Of a DNA stretch of 64,000 nt, positions 13,058 through 27,749 are shown piece after piece (position 1 is the first letter of the stretch; each line of letters begins with the position of its first letter). The position numbers were made by a program, and so were the translations under genes. The DNA lies in assembly GCF_000143415.4 (NCBI RefSeq), contig NW_003314335.1:526113-590112 (forward strand), written 5' to 3'. The notes below the pieces were generated by a model that did not search any database, was not told where the DNA came from, and worked only from the letters and a program-made list of their open reading frames with translations. The DNA comes from Selaginella moellendorffii. Its lineage: Eukaryota > Plantae > Lycopodiophyta.

Positions 13058-14708
13058 ATGGCAAAGGCAGGGCGCAAGTGAACCCAGGGGGAGACAGAAC
13101 CTTCGCCAGAGCTGGAGCCTTCAGTCGAACAAAAGGCTATGGATGAGGAATTTTTGGATGAGGAGGACTCTAGTGAGGAAACTTCCAAACAAGAGTCTGG
13201 TGGTGAGGTTCAGTTGTCCAAGGCTCGATTGGACGTTCTAGATGGATAATTGGGACAGACCAATGCCCTGCTGGAGACTCTCGTACGCAAGCTAAAGCGT
13301 GACGAGAAGTAGAAGAAAAAGCGAAAGACTGCAGATGCTGGTAGTGCAGAAGGTGCAGACCCTTCGGTAGGGATTGAGGCAGAACCAAACAAAGTCGAAT
13401 AGACCGAAGTGGAATCAACCCCTCAGGCAGTTTTCAAGTACAAACCAAAGCCCCCACCAGTGTTCAAGGGAGCGAATGACTATAAGGTGGTGGAGGATTG
13501 GTTTTATGATATGGAGGACTACTTCCGAGCGTTGCGGTTACCAAGCTCGGAGAAGGTCCCATGTGCAAAACCATACTTGGTAGATAATGCCAAGTCTTGG
13601 TGGAGAACGACGGAGGCCAACAAAGGACTAGTGGCCACTTGGGAAATGATGAAGGCGAGGATCCGCGCAACATATGTTCCTTCGAATGCTACTCTACACC
13701 TAAGGGATGAGTTGAGTAGGCTGAAGCAGATTGGAACCATTCAAGAGTATGTGAATGGATTTATGGCAAAAAAGATACTAGTCACGGATATGGGTGATAT
13801 GGATGCATTCCATGCCTTCATATCAGGCTTGCAAACCTGGGCTCGTGGTGAGATGATGCATTGGAACCTGACTAATTACAAAGAAGTGTTAGATGTGGCT
13901 ATCAAGGTGCATTTCAACGATAACTTACGAAAGGGGAACATGACGGGGTTGGGGTCCACATTTAGCAAAGGGGCCAAACCAAAAGGAACATATAGCAAAG
14001 GGAAATTCAAGAAGAGTTTCTCTAAGAATGAGTCATCGGGGTTTTAGAAAGGCAGATCCAGTGGCTAGCGAGCGAGTACATGGGGGAGTCAAGCAAACAG
14101 AGACAAACCCATGGATAAAAATATCAAGTCGTTTAGCAGCGTGGGAAACAACATATGCTACAACTGCGGTGAAATGGGACACTTTTCGAGGGAATGTCCT
14201 TACCCGAAGAAGGCCAGAGCCAATATGGCCATTAAGTCGGGTGAAATCCAAACTGAGGTATGTGATCCAGTCCCTAGCTCAAATTTACTTATTACACGAG
14301 CGACTTTGGTAGAGAGTCATTCACGATATCTATTAGCCCTTCGACGGAAGCTCGGAGGTAGCTTTGTTAAAATCCTTATTAATACGGGTGCTTCGGATAA
14401 TTTTATGGTTGCAGACATAGTCCGGCAAGCCGGACTAACGGTGCAGCGGCTGGGCGAACCAAGGACTATAGAGTTTTTTTAAGGCAGCCAAAGCACGGAT
14501 GAGGTACTTTGACAAGCGAGAGTTGAAGTAGGGACATGGAAGGTAGATATGGATTTCACTGTGTTGGATATGGCAGGATTTGATGTGATCTTTGGGATGG
14601 ATTGGTTCAATCAGTTCATGGTAGCCCTGCATGGACAAGGTAAGAACCTTGTGGTACTAATGAATGCCTAAGGAAGGAGATCTAGGGTGGAGGCCTAGGA
14701 TTTAAAGG
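13058..14708 (+). pseudogene. gag and aspartic protease of element B (broken)
   Basis: Retrotransposon gag domain (AKSWW...TWEMMK...LKQIGTIQEY), zinc knuckle CYNCGEMGHFSREC, protease ILINTGAS (catalytic D to N); stops and frameshifts. Confidence 0.85.
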
Positions 14709-17700
14709 TGTAAATGACTAGATTTTCTATTCTACTTTAGTCATTTAACCACACCTTTGACAACTTGGAGGAGTCTCATTCACAACCTCCTTAAGTCCAA
14801 TTCAGGACTTAGGACTTGCTAGTCCCGAGAATGGCATCCATGCCACTCATCCCTTACACTTGGTCCAAGTGCTTCACGTGTCCAGTCCCAAGACCGACAC
14901 CCAAAGGTACTACTGACATATCGGCCCATTATGCTAAGGCCATGCCCATTCACCTTTGCTGCACTAGTGGTCCAATACCACTTGCATCACAATCCCGTCT
15001 CTCCAAGACTAGGCCATCCGTCCACAAATGGTCATCCCAGATCCACTCCTTAGCATCCTTAGGATGCCCACAGACATGGGGAATAGCCTTCCCCAACATC
15101 CCTTTATTAGTTCCTACCAAGTCCCTTTTTCGTCCATGGCCATATTCCCCAACATTGCCACTAGATCAAGGCCCACAAGTCCGGCCACTAATTCCCATTG
15201 TCCTCTGGGACTTCCTCACCATATGACCATATCCATAGTCACTACACTAGAGGATTGCTCCTCCTCCTTTCCCCCATTTGGGACTTCGGGACAACATTTC
15301 AGAACACCGTGGCCCTACGCGAGCCCCGTGGGTACTCTCCCCACCTTCCACCTTTAGGTGCTCTAGCCATGGGCTTAGAGCGAGGTTCTGTTGAGCCACA
15401 CCAGGTATCCAAGTAGGTAGTGCCACCCACACTTGGACTGGGAGTATCGGCCAATCGATCTCTCGGGGGAACTAGAGCCGGCTCTTGAACACTTCACCAA
15501 GTTACCTCGCTTGTCGGTCTGTATTCACTCTAGTCTTGGACTTCCCAGTGGTCAATTCATCACCCAACACTGGGTCTGGTCTTCCTAGGCCAAACTAGCC
15601 TTTCTTGGCCAAACTGGCTCTACTACAGTCCTCCCCCTTACTATACTTTTGGAGCTCACCAAACCCCCTAGGGTTTGGGAGACGAATGCTTTGGGCTTTC
15701 ACCCTCTCAGACTTGAACTCGAACTCGGACTCGGACTTGGACTCAAACTTGGACTCGGACGCGGACCCAGACTCGGACCCGGACTTGGACTCGGACTCGG
15801 GCTCGGGCTCGGGCTCGGTCTCGGCCTCGGCCTCGGTCTCAGTCTCGGTCTCGGTCTCGACCTCGGACTCCATCTCGGGTCCTTTTTGGACTCCATCTCG
15901 GACTCCGTCTCGGTCCATCTCGGACTCCGTCTCGGTCCATCTTGGACTCCATCTTGGGTCCATCTTGGACTCCATCTCGGGTCCATCTCGGACTCCATCT
16001 CGGGTCCATCTTGGACTTCATCTCGGTCCATCTTGGACTCCATCTCGGGTCCATCTCAGACTCTGCCACGTGTCATGTGTTGGTCCTTTTGTGTCCCTTT
16101 TCTAGAGACTCACTTATTGCTTGCTTCATGCTTGTTCTTTGCAAACTCCCTACTCACCATATGGTCTAACATTGACGATTCCACATTTTAGACTCTCTAT
16201 GGCATCGCAGTTCCTAGTAATAACATCCTTGAGCACTCTCTTGATTCTCCACTCCCAACTTGTATAACCACCGTTGGTTATGCCCTTCGATTCCTATGGT
16301 TTGGTTCTATCCCCTTACTACTTGCTTTTGGCTTCACAACTTTCCTTCGGTCATTTTCTTCTAGATTAGGAGGATAGCTTTGCACTTTCTATCATGCCTT
16401 AGCAAGTATTCTTAGGGGTGAACCGACCTGATAGCATAGGGAGTGGTTCCTTAGTCCAGGTATACTCATTTTATAATCCCACACACTGGGATTAACGTTG
16501 TTGCTTATGGGCCCTTACATGCCCATCACTAGCCTTGCCAAAATTTCATTTTTGGCTTTGTCCAATTCGGGTAAACAGTCTTTTTCTGTCTCCGCAACCT
16601 TGGACATTTGGATAGCACCTTCTATCCATCATTCACTAGGGACTTAGTCCCTTGGGCCTTATCTATTGCCCTTGCAATATTAAACACCACCTCCTAGTGT
16701 TCTAGAGTGTTTGGGTGTCCTAAATGATGGCCTCTTTGACAATGAGCATTTCCTTTTATGACATTGATTTATTATATCGCAACATAAGCAATTTATCCCC
16801 TATAAGGGTATATCTAACTTCCTTATGCATTAAGAAGTCTTGGGTAGCTACCTTCTACCAGTTTAACCAATTATCTTGCACCTTTTGCTTAGTTGCCTTA
16901 TAGTTGTCAAGTCCTACAACTCATTACTGGTGCTTCCACACCTTCATCATTGTTTTGGTCACCACACTCTACCACATGCCTTCTAGCTTAGGTTATGTCA
17001 TTCCCATTTTTGTTGGGATTCCCTTGGCAAGGGGTTTTTATGAACCCACCAACATAACCTCAAGATATCACACCTTAGCACATTTGGTGTCTCCACACCA
17101 TTGGCCCCATGAGCCTATCCTTATGACATTATTTATTAGTGTTTATGTCTTTGCCAAGACCAATATAGTTGTTCCTCATGCTAAGTATCCGTTAGCACCG
17201 CACCATAGTGTTTGCACCCAACTCTGAGCCAAAGTTGCTTTCTTCTGGGAACATCTTTCCCACAACTTTAGTATGGCACATTCTACCATCAATGAAATAC
17301 TTATTGTTCTCATACTTGAATTTTATGATCCTCCCCATACCTCATAGGGCATCATACACCTCAGTCCAAATGCTTCAACCAATCCCTTAGGACCATTCCT
17401 TGACTCCACTTGAGTCATCTAGCATTTTGGACTTTGCTAATTTAACAACCTACGAAGTCTTAGTCTTCAAGGTGCCAACTCGTTGGAATACAACTTCTTG
17501 TATTCATGTCCTACTCACAAGGACCATCTTTGCAAGTGTTATTCCGACACTTGATGATTTTCTTAGGGCTAACTTTTGCCCCTTATGACTACGTGTCCAT
17601 GTGATGAGAATAACAACTCATCTTTAAGTACACCCCTAACTCCTTGGGCTGTTCCAGCATTTATTAAAGGTAGCCCCAGCCGCCATTTCAAGGATACGTG

Positions 17701-18114
17701 TCTTCATTCGTATTTGACCTTCATGATCATTAATTCTTGTCTCAATTTCATGAGCACTAGCTTCACTATATGAGGTTAATCTTGTGACTCTTTTATTGTT
17801 TTTGGAGTCTCTATCTTTTCCGTGATCCCAACTATAGTTGTTTATCACAACTATATTAGCCAGTTTACTAAATCAAATGCTCATTTGGATCACATCCTCA
17901 ACTCTCCGAGGAAAACCTTATACTGTTCCCAAGATCCCAAAGTCGTTCCATTATTGGCCCCTTTCTATCCATTATCTCACCTACAAGTTCACACCTGGAC
18001 TGTAGTGGAGAGCCATGTCTTCCCGACTTGCTGCTCCTTAAGGATAGGCCCACTTCTAGGACCTTCCGATGCCAACACTAGTGGTGATATATTTCAGCAC
18101 CAATAAAAGTCGGA

Positions 18115-21100
18115 TGTAAGCGATTAAATTTTCCATTCTACTTTAGTCAATTAACCACACCTCCGACCACTTGGAGGAGTCTCATTCGCAACCTCCATCA
18201 GTCCAATTCAAGACTTAGGACTTGCTAGCCCCAAGAATGGCATCCATGCCACTCAACACTTGCACCTAGTCCAAGTGCTCCACGTGTCCGGTCCCAAGAC
18301 CGACACCCAAAGGTACCACTGACATCTCGGCCTGTTACACTAAGGCCATGCCCATTCACCTTTGCTGCACTAGTGGTCCAATACCACTTGCATCACCATC
18401 CCGTCTCTCCAAGACTGGGCCATCTGTCCATGAGTGGTCATCTTAGATCCACTCCTTAGCATCCTTAGGATGCCCACAGACCTAGGGAATCACCTTCCCC
18501 AAAGTCCCTTTGTCAGTTCCTACCAAGTCCCTTTCTGCCCCTGGCCGTATTTGCCAACACTGCCACTGGATCAAGGCCCATAGGCCCGACCACTAAGTCC
18601 CATGGTCCTCTAGGACTTCCTCACCACACGACTGTGTCCTTGGTCACTACCCCAGAGGACTGCTCCTCTTCCTTTCCACAGTCTGGGCCTTTGGGACAAC
18701 ATTTCGGAACACCGTGGACTTACGCGAGCCACCTGGGTACTCTCCCCGCCTTTCGCCTTTAGGTGCTCTAGCCATGGGCTTAGAGCGGGTTCCGTTGAGC
18801 CACGCCTGGTATCCAAGTAGGTAGTGCCACCCACACTTGGACTGGGAGCATCGGCCAGTCGATCTCCCGAGGGAACTAGAGCCGGCTCTTGAACACTTCA
18901 CCAAGCTACCCCGCTTGTCGGTCCGTATTCACTCTAGTCTTGGACTTCCCAGTGGTCAGTTCATCACCCAACACTGGGTCTAGCCTTCCTGGGCCAAACT
19001 AGCCTTTCCTAACCAAACTGGCTCCACTGCAGTCCTCCCCCTTACTATACTTTTGGAGCTCACCAAACCCCCTAGGGTCTGGGAGATGAACGCTTTGGGC
19101 TTTCACCCTCTCAGACTCGAACTCGGACTCGGACTCAGACTCGGACTCGGACTCGGACTCGGACTCGGGCTCGGGCTCGGTCTTAGCCTTGGCCTCGGTC
19201 TCGGTCTCGGTCCCGGTCTTGGTCCCGGTCTCGGTCTCGGTCCCGGTCTCGGTCCCGGTCTCGGTCCCGGTCTCGGTCCCAGTCTCGGTCTCGACCTCGG
19301 ACTCCATCTCGGGTCCTTCTCGGACTCCATCTCGGACTCCATCTCGGACTCCGTCTCGGTCCATCTCGGACTCCATCTCGAGTCCATCTCGGACTCCGTC
19401 TCGGTCCACCTCGGACTCCACCTCGGACTCCATCTCGGGTCCATCTCGGACTCCATCTCGGACTCCATCTCGGGTCCATCTCGGACTCCGTCTCGGTCCA
19501 CCTCGGACTCCACCTCGGACTCCATCTTGGGTCCATCTCGGACTCCAACTCGGACTCCATCTCGGGTCCATCTCGGACTCCGTCTCGGTCCACCTCGGAC
19601 TCCATCTCGTACTCCATCTCGGGTCCATCTCGGACTCCATCTTGGGTCCATCTCGGACTCCATCTTTGTCCACCTCGGACTCCACTTCGGGTCCATCTCG
19701 GGCTCCATATCGGACTCCATCTCGGACTCCACTTCGGACTCCATATCGGACTCCACTTTGGGTCCATCTCGGACTCCAACTAGGGTCCGTCTCGGACTCC
19801 ATCTCGGACACTTCCACGTGTCATGTGTTGGTCCTTTTTGGGTCCCTTTTTGGAGGCTCACCTATTGCTCGCTTCGTGCTTGTTCCTCGAGCACTTTGTT
19901 GGGAGTTCCACTCTCGCTCTCGACCTTCCAAGTCGGAGCTTTTAGTCCAAACGTGTTACGCTTGTTTGGCTTTCGCTTCGGCCGCTACCACGTGGCACCC
20001 TTTCCAGCTCCACTTTGGGGACTAGGGATTTTGTGTCTCACAACTCCACCACCCATAGACGAAGTTCGATGTCCTCATTGAACGGTAAACCATTTTATAA
20101 AGTAACACCCACATGTGTTACCATTTCCATCCTTGGTAACATCCACCTAGCCAATATTTGTCAATGGTTTGACATTGAAGGCTCACCATGCCTTCTCCAT
20201 ATTCGTCAATGGTTTGACACCAAAGGCTCACCATGCCTTGCCCATCCTCTAAGGAGGATAGTCTCTCCAACTTAGAGACTCACTTGACCACCTAGGGTGG
20301 TTTGCTCCTTTTTATTGGTTCAGTTCTCGCTAAACCCGTTAGAGACACCCTCTCTAACTCAATTCCACCACTCATTCTTGAGTAGTCACAGATTCCATTG
20401 ATCTACCTTTGCACTTTGGAACGTTCACTCTTGACTTTTTGGAGTCAATTTCCTAGGTGTCTCTGACACCTTGCCTTGCACATTTTGTGCAACTCCACTT
20501 CCCCTCCTAGGAAGTTCTCTACTCGAGGGCACCCTCATCCTCTTTTCCATTTTTGTGCCCCCATTGGCATTACGTTCCATTTATCATTATTTGTGCTAGG
20601 GTTGTCCACGGCCCTATCTTTTGGCTACTTAGTTGCTCCCTCACTTGGAGCCTTTCCTTTGCCAAATTGGAGCACTTGGGAATCCATCCTTGGAAGTCCA
20701 CTTCTTTTTCCGCAATCCGTTAGCATCAACCACATTAGTGTTCTTTGGCTAACTTTGCCACTTGGATTCTTTCCAATGGATTCCATGGCCCTATCTTGGG
20801 CACTCGTCTTTTGCTCCTATCCTTGGATTGTTGCACCAAGCAACATAGGATCATTACCTCCCTCCTTGAGGTATTCTTTTGGTTCCATAGCAAAGGATCT
20901 GTTTTGCCCAGACTAGGGTGTTCACCCCTAGTAAGTCTCCCCAACTGTTCTAGGTTCTCTTCCTAGCCCAACCTTGTGACCCACCCATGGGCCTGTCTCT
21001 GGAGACTATTTTCTTGAACTCATAATACCATTGTATTGTAGTAGTTCATTTCCCTTAGGTGTCTTTCCCATTTAGTCACCTTGACCAAGCCACACCTTTA

Positions 21101-21768
21101 TCAATAGTTCAAATCAACACTTTGAACTAAGAATCATATTCCTTAACTCAAACAAAGACCTTGTCCTTGTTTAGCCATAAGATCACCTAGTGATCTCATT
21201 TTGACCCCTTAATAGGTTTACTAATAGGAATTAGGTCTTCCAGACCTTACTAAGTTGTTGACTATGACCCCGGGGGCATCCCCCACACTTGGCGGTGCGC
21301 CCAAGCTAGCCCTTCCGGCCAAGGATCCATAGCAACTGAGACTGGGTGTCCCCATCTCATTCACCACGTCCTTGGTGCCTTTTGCACCAAAGTGTTCAAG
21401 TTAAATATGCCGAGCTTTCACTCTAAGCAATCTAACTGTGCATCACGACTCCGGGGCATCCCCCGCTTGGCGGTGTGCCCAAGCCAATCTCCTCATTGAG
21501 AGTCCATGACCACCGAAATATGAGTGTCCTCATATTCCAAACCATCACCACGCCCTAGCGATTTGGGACTCGAACCCAAGCACTAGAGGGTCGGGACTCG
21601 AACCCAACCTCCGTATATGCATCTACGGACGGCATCACCCAGGATGCCTGGCGTGACTCCCCACGCCGGTGCACCAACTTATACTCAAAGCGCGCTATAG
21701 ATCACAGCTTAGGAACCTAGTTCCTCCACATTGCCAAGTCCTCTCACTTGACAAGTCTGTGATCATGC
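18115..21768 (-). mobile_element. Family A copy A2 (3' LTR 18115-20042 plus 3' internal region), inserted just downstream of the A1 PBS
   Basis: Complete ~1.9-kb LTR with the PPT (ACTCCACCACCC on +) adjacent at 20043; internal 20043-21768 is homologous to the reverse complement of ~27770-29490. Confidence 0.8.
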
Positions 21769-22002
21769 TGTGAGACACAAAATCCCTAGGCCCCAAAGTG
21801 GAGCCGGAAAGGGTGCCACGTGGTAGTGGCTGAAGCGAGAGCCAAACGAGCGTAACACGTTTGGACCAAAAGCTCCAACTTGAAAAGTCAAGAGCGGGAG
21901 TGGAACTCCCAAAGACGTGCTTGAGGAACGAGCACGAAGCGAGCAAAAAGCGAGGCTCCAAAAAGGGACCCAAAAGGACCAACACATGACACGTGGAAGT
22001 GT

Positions 22003-22555
22003 CCGAGATGGACTCGAGTTGGAGTCTGAAGTGGAGTCCGAGATGGACTCGAGTTGGAGTTCGAAGTGGAGTCCGAGATGGACCCGAGTTGGAGTCCAAA
22101 GTGGAGTCCGAGATGGACCCGAGATGGAGTCCAAGGTGGACCCGAGATGGACCCGAAATGGAATCCGAGATGGAGTCCGAGGTGGACCCGAGATGGACCC
22201 AAAATGGAGGCCGAGATGGAGTCCGAGATGGACCCGAGATGGAGTCCGAGATGGACCCGAAATGGAGTCCGAGGTGGACCCGAGATGGACCCGAAATGGA
22301 GTCCGAGATGGAGTCCGAGATGGACCCGAGATGGAGTCCGAGATGGACCCGAGATGGAGTCCGAGATGGACCTGAGATGGAGTCCGAGATGGAGTCCGAG
22401 ATGGAGTCCGAAGTTGAGACCGAGACCGAGACCGAGACTGAGACCAAGCCCGAGATCGGGTCCGAGAACGAGACCGAGGCCGAGACCGAGCCCGAGCCCG
22501 AGTCCGAGTCCGAATCTGAGTCCGAGTCCGAGTCCGAGTCCGAGTTCGAGTCTGA
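22003..22555 (+). repeat. Family-A LTR internal tandem array (GAGATGGAGTCC / GAGATGGACCC units, then GAGACC/GAGCCC/GAGTCC hexamers); representative copy
   Basis: Same array at ~15710-16060, 19110-19810, 26925-27520, 29725-30270, 33580-33935 and 42095-42612, with different unit counts. Confidence 0.9.
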
Positions 22556-25500
22556 GAGGGTGAAAGCCCAAAGCGTTCGTCTCCCAGACCCTAGGGGGTT
22601 TGGTGAGCTCCAAAAGTATAGTAGGGGGAGGACTGCAGTGGAGCCAGTTTGGCTAGGAAAGGCCAATTTGGCCCAGGAAGGCCGGACCCAGTGTTGGGTG
22701 ATGAGCTGCCCACTGGGAAGTCCAAGACTAGAGTGAACACAGACCGACAAGCGGGGTAGCTTGGTGAAGTGTTCAAGAGCCGGCTCTAGTTCCCCCAGGA
22801 GATCGACTGGCCGATGCTCCCAGTCCAAGTGTGGGTGGCACTACCTACTTGGATACCTGGTGTGGCTCAACGGAACCCGCTCTAAGCCCATGGCTAGAGC
22901 ACCCAAGGGCAGAAGGCGAGGAGAGTACCCAGGTGGCTCGCGTAAGGCCACGGTGTTCCGAAATGTTGTCCCAAAGGCCCAGACTGTGGAAAGGAAGAGG
23001 AGCAGTCCTCTGGGGTAGTGACCAAGGACACAGTTGTGTGGTGAGGAAGTCCCAGAGGATTGTGGGACTTAGTGGTCGGGCCTGTGGGTCTCGATCCAGT
23101 GGCAGTGTTGGCAAACACGGCCAGGGGCAGAAAGGGACTTAGTGGGGACTGACAGAGGGATATTGGGGAAGGCTATTCCCCTTGTCGGTGGGCATCCTAA
23201 GGATGCTAAGGAGTGGATCTGAGATGACCACTCACGGAAGGTTTGCCTAGTCTTGGAGAGCCAAGACGGTGATGCAAGTGGTATTGGACTACCAGTGTAG
23301 CAAAGGTGATTGGGCATGGCCTTAGCGTAACGGGCTGCTATGTCGGTGGTACCTTTGAGTGTCGGTCACGGGATCGGACACGTGGAGCACTTGGACCAAG
23401 TGCAAATGTTGAGTGGCAGGGATGCCATTCTTGGGGCTAGCAAGTCCCAAGTCCTAGATTGGACTTATGGAGGTTGCAAATGAGACTCCTCCAAGTGGTC
23501 AGAGGTGTGGTTAAGTGACTAAAGTAGAATGGAAAATTTAGTCGCTTACAATTTGGTATCGGAGCTGTTCCTTAGTCCGACTTTTATTGGTGCTCAAGTA
23601 TATCACCACTAGTGTTGGCATCGAAAGGTCCGAGGAGTGGGCCTATCCTTGAGGAGTAGCAAGTCGGGAAGACATGGCTCTCCATTACAGTTCATGTGTG
23701 AACTTGTAGACGAGGTGGTGGATAGAAAAGGGCCAATAATGGAACGACTTTGGGATCTTGGGAATAGTGCAAGGTTTTCCTCATTGAGTTGAGGATGTGA
23801 TCCAGATGAGCATTTGTCTCAGCAAATTGGCTAAGGTTGTTGTGGTAAACAACTAAAGTTGGGATCACGAGAAAGATAGAGACTCCAAAACAATAAAGGA
23901 GTCACAAGATTATCCTCATATAGTTGAGGTTGGTGCTCATGAATGTGAGACTAAAGGTAATGACCGTGGAAGGTCAAATACGGAAGAGGACTCAAGTCCT
24001 TGAAATGGTAGCCGGGGCTACCTTTAATAAATGCTGGAACAACCCAAGGAGTTGGGGGGTGTACTTAGAGATGAGTGGTATTCTCATCACATGGACAAGT
24101 AGTCCTAAGTGGCAAAAGTTGCCCCCAGAGAACAAAATCAAGTGTCGGAGTAACACTTGTGAAAATAGTCCTTTTGAGTAGGACAGGAATGCAAGAAGTG
24201 TATTCCAGTGAGCTAGTGCCTCACAAGTAGGACCTTACGGGACTGTGGATTAACCAAGTCCAAAACTGCTGGATGACTCAAGTAGAGTCAAGGGATGGTC
24301 CTAAAAGGACTGATGGAAGCATTTGGACTAAGGTGGGTTGTACCCACAAAGGATGGGGGGGGATCATAGGATCCAAGGATGAGAACAAAGGGTATCTCAT
24401 CGATGGCAAAATGTGCCATGCTAAAGTTATGGGAAAGGTGTTCCCAGAAGGAAAAAACTTTGACATGAAGTTGTGTATGACCTCTATGGGGCAGTGCTAA
24501 CGGATGGTTAGCATGAGAAAGAGCGGTGTTGGTCTTGGCAAAGACTTAGACACGAAAGGGAAATGTCATAGAGGTAGGCTCGTGGAGCCGATGGTGTGGA
24601 GACACCAAATGTGCCAAGGTGTGATACCTTGAGGCTATGTTGGTGGGTTCATGAGAACCCCTTGCCAAAGGAATCCCAATGGAAATGGGAATGGCATAGC
24701 CTAAGCTGCAGAGTATGCAGTTGGAGTGTGGTGACCCAGATAATGATGGAGGTGTGAAAGCACCAAGCAATGAGTTGTAGGACTTGACAACTATGAGGCA
24801 ACTAAGCAAGAGATGCAAAATAACTGGTTAAACGGGTAGAAGGTAGCTACCCAAGACTTCTTAATAGCATAAGGAAGTTGGATATACCCTTACGGGGGAT
24901 AAGTTGCTTGTGTTGTGATATAGTAAGTCAATGTCATAAAAGGAAATACTCATTGTCAAGAAAGCCATCATTGGGACATCCGGACACTTTAGAACACCAG
25001 AAGGTGGTGTTTGATGTCGCGAGGGCAATGGATAAAGCCCAAGGGACTAAGTCCCTAGCGAATGATGGATAGAAGGTGCTATCCAAATGTCCAAGGTTGC
25101 AGAGACAGGAGAGGACTGTCTACCCGAGTTGGACAAAGCCAAAAATGGAATTTTGGCAAGGCTAGTGATGGGCATGTAAAGGCCCATAAGCAACAATGTA
25201 ATCCCAGTGTGTGGGATTATAAGGTGAGCATACCCGGATTGAGGAACCACTCCCTAGGCTATTGGGTAGGTTCATCCCTAAGAATACTTGCTAAAGCGTG
25301 ACAGAAAGTGCAAAGCTATCCTCCTCGTCTGGAGGAGAATGACCAAAGGAAAGGTGTGAAGCCAAAAAGCAAAAAGTAAGGGGATAGAATCGAACCATAG
25401 GACTCAAAGGGCATAACCAAGGTTGGTTATGCCAGCTGGGAGTGGAGAATCAAGTGGGGGCTCGAGGGTGTTGCCGCTAGCAACTGTGATGCCATGGAGA

Positions 25501-25922
25501 GTCTAAAATATGGAATTGTCTATGTTAGACTATGTGGCATTTTGAAGGCTTGCAAAAAAGGAGGCCTTAGCAAGCTGAGGGACAGAGTTCCTTCAAGGTT
25601 CCCAAAGACGATTCTAGGTAGCTTAGTACCTAGAAAGGCCAAGTGTAAATGGTTCATGGAACGCACGAAATCAGAGTGGCGCAGCAGAAGCGTGGTCTTG
25701 AAGCTTGCCATGAGGCAAGGGTATCAAGGTTAGGGAAGTAGTTCCCGAGTGTTCAAAGAGAGGGCTTTGAACGAAAGTCGATGGTCAAGGACTTTCACGC
25801 TTATGCAGGAACCATGTTACAGTGGTTGGAGGACTTGCCAAGCGAGATTGGCACGTGGGGGGAACAAATACCCTAGTTGAAGGTGATAACTTCAAAAAGG
25901 GTAGGCCATGGGGCCGAGCATG

Positions 25923-27749
25923 TGTAAGCGACTAAATTTTCTGTTTTACTTTAGTCACTTAACCACACCTCTGACCACTTGGAGGAGTCTCATTGACAAC
26001 CTCCATAAGTCCAACTCAGGACTTGGGGCTTGCTAGCCTCGAGAATGGCATCCATGCCACTCAACCTTAGCACTTGGTCCAAGTGCTCCACGTGTCCGAT
26101 CCCATGATCGACACCCCAAGGTATCACCGACGTACCGGCCCGTTACGCTAAGGCCATGCCCATTTACCTTGGTCACACTGGTGGTCCAACACCACTTGCA
26201 TCACCGTCTTGGCCCTCCAAGACTAGGCAAACCATCCGTGAGTGGTCATCTCAGATCCACTCCTTAGCATCCTTAGGATGCCCACCGACAAGGGGAATAG
26301 CCTTCCCCAATATCCCTCTGTCAGTCCCCACTAAGTCCCTTTCTGCCCCTGGCCGTGTTTGCCAACACTGCCACTGGATCGAGACCCACAGGCCCGACCA
26401 CCAAGTCCCACGGTCCTCTGGGACTTCCTCACCACACGACTGTGTCCTTGGTCACTACCGCAGAGGACTGCTCCTCTTCCTTTCCACAGTCTGGGCCTTT
26501 GGGACAACATTTCGGAACACCGTGGCCTTACGCGAGCCACCTGGGTACTCTCCTCGCCTTCTGCCCTTGGGTGCTCTAGCCATGGGCTTAGAGCGGGTTC
26601 CATTGAGCCACACCAGGTATCCAAGTAGGTAGTGCCACCCACACTTGGACTGGGAGCATCGGCTAGTTGATCTCCCGGGGGAACTAGAGCCGGCTCTTGA
26701 ACACTTCACCAAGCTACCCCGCTTGTCGGTCTGTGTTCACTCTAGTCTTGGACTTCCCAGTGGGCAGCTCATCACCCAACACTGGGTTTGGCCTTCCTGG
26801 GCCAAACTGGCCTTTCCTGGCCAAACTGGCTCCACTGCAGTCCTCCCCCTACTATACTTTTGGAGCTCACCAAACCCCCCAGGGTCTGGGAGACGAACGC
26901 TTTGGGCTTTCACCCTCTCAGGCTCCGGACTCGGACTCGGACTCGGACTCGGACTCGGATTCGGACTCGGACTCGGGCTCGGGCTCGGTCTCGGCCTCGG
27001 CCTCAGTCTCGGTCTCGGTCCCGATCTCGGTCTCGGTCTCGGTCTCGGTCCCGGTCTCGGTCCCGGTCTCGGTCTCGACTTCGGACTCCATCTCGGACTC
27101 CATCTCGGACTCCATCTCGGACTCCATCTCGGGTCCATCTCGGACTCCATCTCGGACTCCATCTCGGACTCCAGCTCGGGTCCATCTCGGCGTCCATCTC
27201 GGACTCCATCTCGGGTCCATCTCGGGTCCATCTCGGACTCCATCTCGGGTCCATCTCGGGTCCACCTCGGACTCCATCTCGGACTCCATCTCGGACTCCA
27301 CTTCGAACTCCAACTCGGGTCCATCTCGGGTCCACCTCGGACTCCATCTCGGACTCCATCTCGGACTCCATCTCGGGTCCATCTCGGACTCCACTTCGGA
27401 CTCCAACTCGGGTCCATCTCGGGTCCACCTCGGACTCCACTTCGGACTCCATCTCGGACTCCATCTCGGGTCCATCTCGGACTCCATTTCGGACTCCAAC
27501 TAGAGTCCATCTCGGACACTCCCACGTGTCATGTGTTGGTCCTTTTGGGTCCCTTTTTGGAGCCTCACCTTTTGCTCGCTTCGTGCTCGTTCCTCGAGCA
27601 CTTCGTTGGGAGTTCCACTCCCGCTCTTGACTTTTCAAGTCGGAGCTTTTGGTCCAAACGTGTTACGCTCGTTTGGCTCTCGCTTCGGCCACTACCATTG
27701 TGGCGCCCTTCCGGCTCCACTTTGGGGCCTAGGGATTTTGTGTCTCATA
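25923..27749 (-). mobile_element. Family A solo LTR (A4)
   Basis: Single LTR flanked by TSD GCATG (25918-25922, 27750-27754); no PBS or PPT. Confidence 0.9.

Noticed and set aside
22550-22575. Possible hammerhead ribozyme (retrozyme): CTGAGA-GGGT-GAAA-GCCC-AAA
   Set aside because: The core lacks a full CUGANGA and the GAAA after stem II, no stems I/III are evident, and B and C copies lack the CTGA; better explained as a promoter motif
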